A stretch of 62,388 nt of DNA, the filler included, from Actinomycetota bacterium (GTDB lineage: Bacteria; Actinomycetota; Acidimicrobiia; Spongiisociales; UBA4744), in assembly GCA_013152275.1 (NCBI GenBank). It is 4 parts of 4 records of this genome, joined end to end, with 100 filler letters (N's around TTAATTAATTAA, not from the genome) between each part and the next. Parts side by side here need not be neighbours in the genome. Positions count along the whole stretch, not along the records: positions 47,344 to 62,388 come from JAADGS010000053.1; 3 more parts are not named here. One strand, 5' to 3'. The translations under genes were made by a program, and so were the position numbers. Below the pieces are notes generated by a model. That model was not told the DNA's origin and ran no database searches. It worked only from the letters and a program-made list of their open reading frames with translations. Positions 61,733-62,388 of the stretch are shown here, piece after piece. How positions within the stretch are numbered: the stretch's first letter is position 1; each line of letters opens with the position of its first letter.

Positions 61733-62388
61733 CAGAACTCCGTGAGCCGGCGACGGTACGCGTTCGCGGCGGCTTGCATGTCTGCCACCGTCGCTCCTCC
61801 GAACGCTCGCTGCGCCTCCTGGGCCAGGATGATCGCCACCATCTGCTCTGCAACGACCGCTGCGGCAGGCACGGCGCAGACGTCGGAACGCTCCCGCAGT
61901 GCAGGGACCGTCTGCCCCGTGGCCACATCGACACTGGCGAGCGGCTGCATCAGGGTGGGGAGCGGCTTCATCGCCGCCCGCACGCGGATCGGCTGGCCGT
62001 TGCTCGTCCCTCCTTCGACTCCGCCTGCGCGATTGGTGGCCCGTCCGTAGCCCGGGATGATCTCGTCGTGCGCATCCGACCCCCGCACACTCGCCTGCTC
62101 GTAGGCGTCTCCCACCTCCACACCCTTGATTGCGGGAATCGACAGGATCGCCTGGGCGAGAAGTCCGTCGAGGCGCCGATCCCACTGCGTGTAGCTTCCG
62201 AGGCCGGCAGGAACGTCGTACGCGAGAACCTCGATGATCCCACCCAACGTGTCGCGATCGGCCTTGGCGGAGTCGATGGCCTCCATCATCGACTCGGCCG
62301 CCGTCGTGTCGAGCACGCGTACGGGAGATGCATCGAGCCGGTCGCGATCCTCCGGCTGCGGTGCGGCGCCCTTCGGTGCCTCGACGCC
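61732..62388 (-). CDS. aroC: Chorismate synthase (5' part outside window)
   Basis: DTLGG, SIPAIKGVE, HDE, NRAGGVEGG, KPLPT, RSDVC. Confidence 0.95.
   Translation of the reverse strand, partial: GVEAPKGAAPQPEDRDRLDASPVRVLDTTAAESMMEAIDSAKADRDTLGGIIEVLAYDVPAGLGSYTQWDRRLDGLLAQAILSIPAIKGVEVGDAYEQASVRGSDAHDEIIPGYGRATNRAGGVEGGTSNGQPIRVRAAMKPLPTLMQPLASVDVATGQTVPALRERSDVCAVPAAAVVAEQMVAIILAQEAQRAFGGATVADMQAAANAYRRRLTEF

Overview
GC-rich actinobacterial sequence; gene content and order suggest Acidimicrobiia or another deep-branching lineage (inference). The window is four contigs joined by artificial 100-nt N/TTAATTAATTAA spacers (16098-16197, 31815-31914, 47244-47343), so adjacency across those gaps is not evidence of linkage. 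Contig 1 is accessory. It has an ECF sigma/anti-sigma-like operon divergent from a secreted L,D-transpeptidase-fold (Tlde1-like) protein, an ankyrin lipoprotein and a paired-Cys secreted protein, with three copies of a GGAACC-N16-CGAA promoter motif between them. It also has a GH5 lipoprotein, a mazEF-type TA pair plus a second RHH gene, an MFS transporter, an adenylate-cyclase-STAND-TPR protein and cydAB. Contig 2 has a REP-like cluster, methylmalonyl-CoA mutase, a class A PBP, moeB, an M23-CWB2 protein, a wbpD/E/A/B-like diacetamido-uronic acid operon and an amidase. Contig 3 has hisS-aspS-rarA-alaS-ruvX-mltG and a type IV pilus operon (DUF4388, pilB, pilT with an extra MshEN-like N-terminus, pilC) carrying sigma28/WhiG-type promoters. 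Contig 4 has the core aroCKB-efp-nusB-pyrRBCDF-mIHF-gmk-rpoZ-coaBC-metK-priA-def-fmt region, with a PyrR leader, MITE-like elements and a probable IS end. No rRNA, tRNA or CRISPR array was seen. All family calls come from motif recognition by eye, not from database searches.
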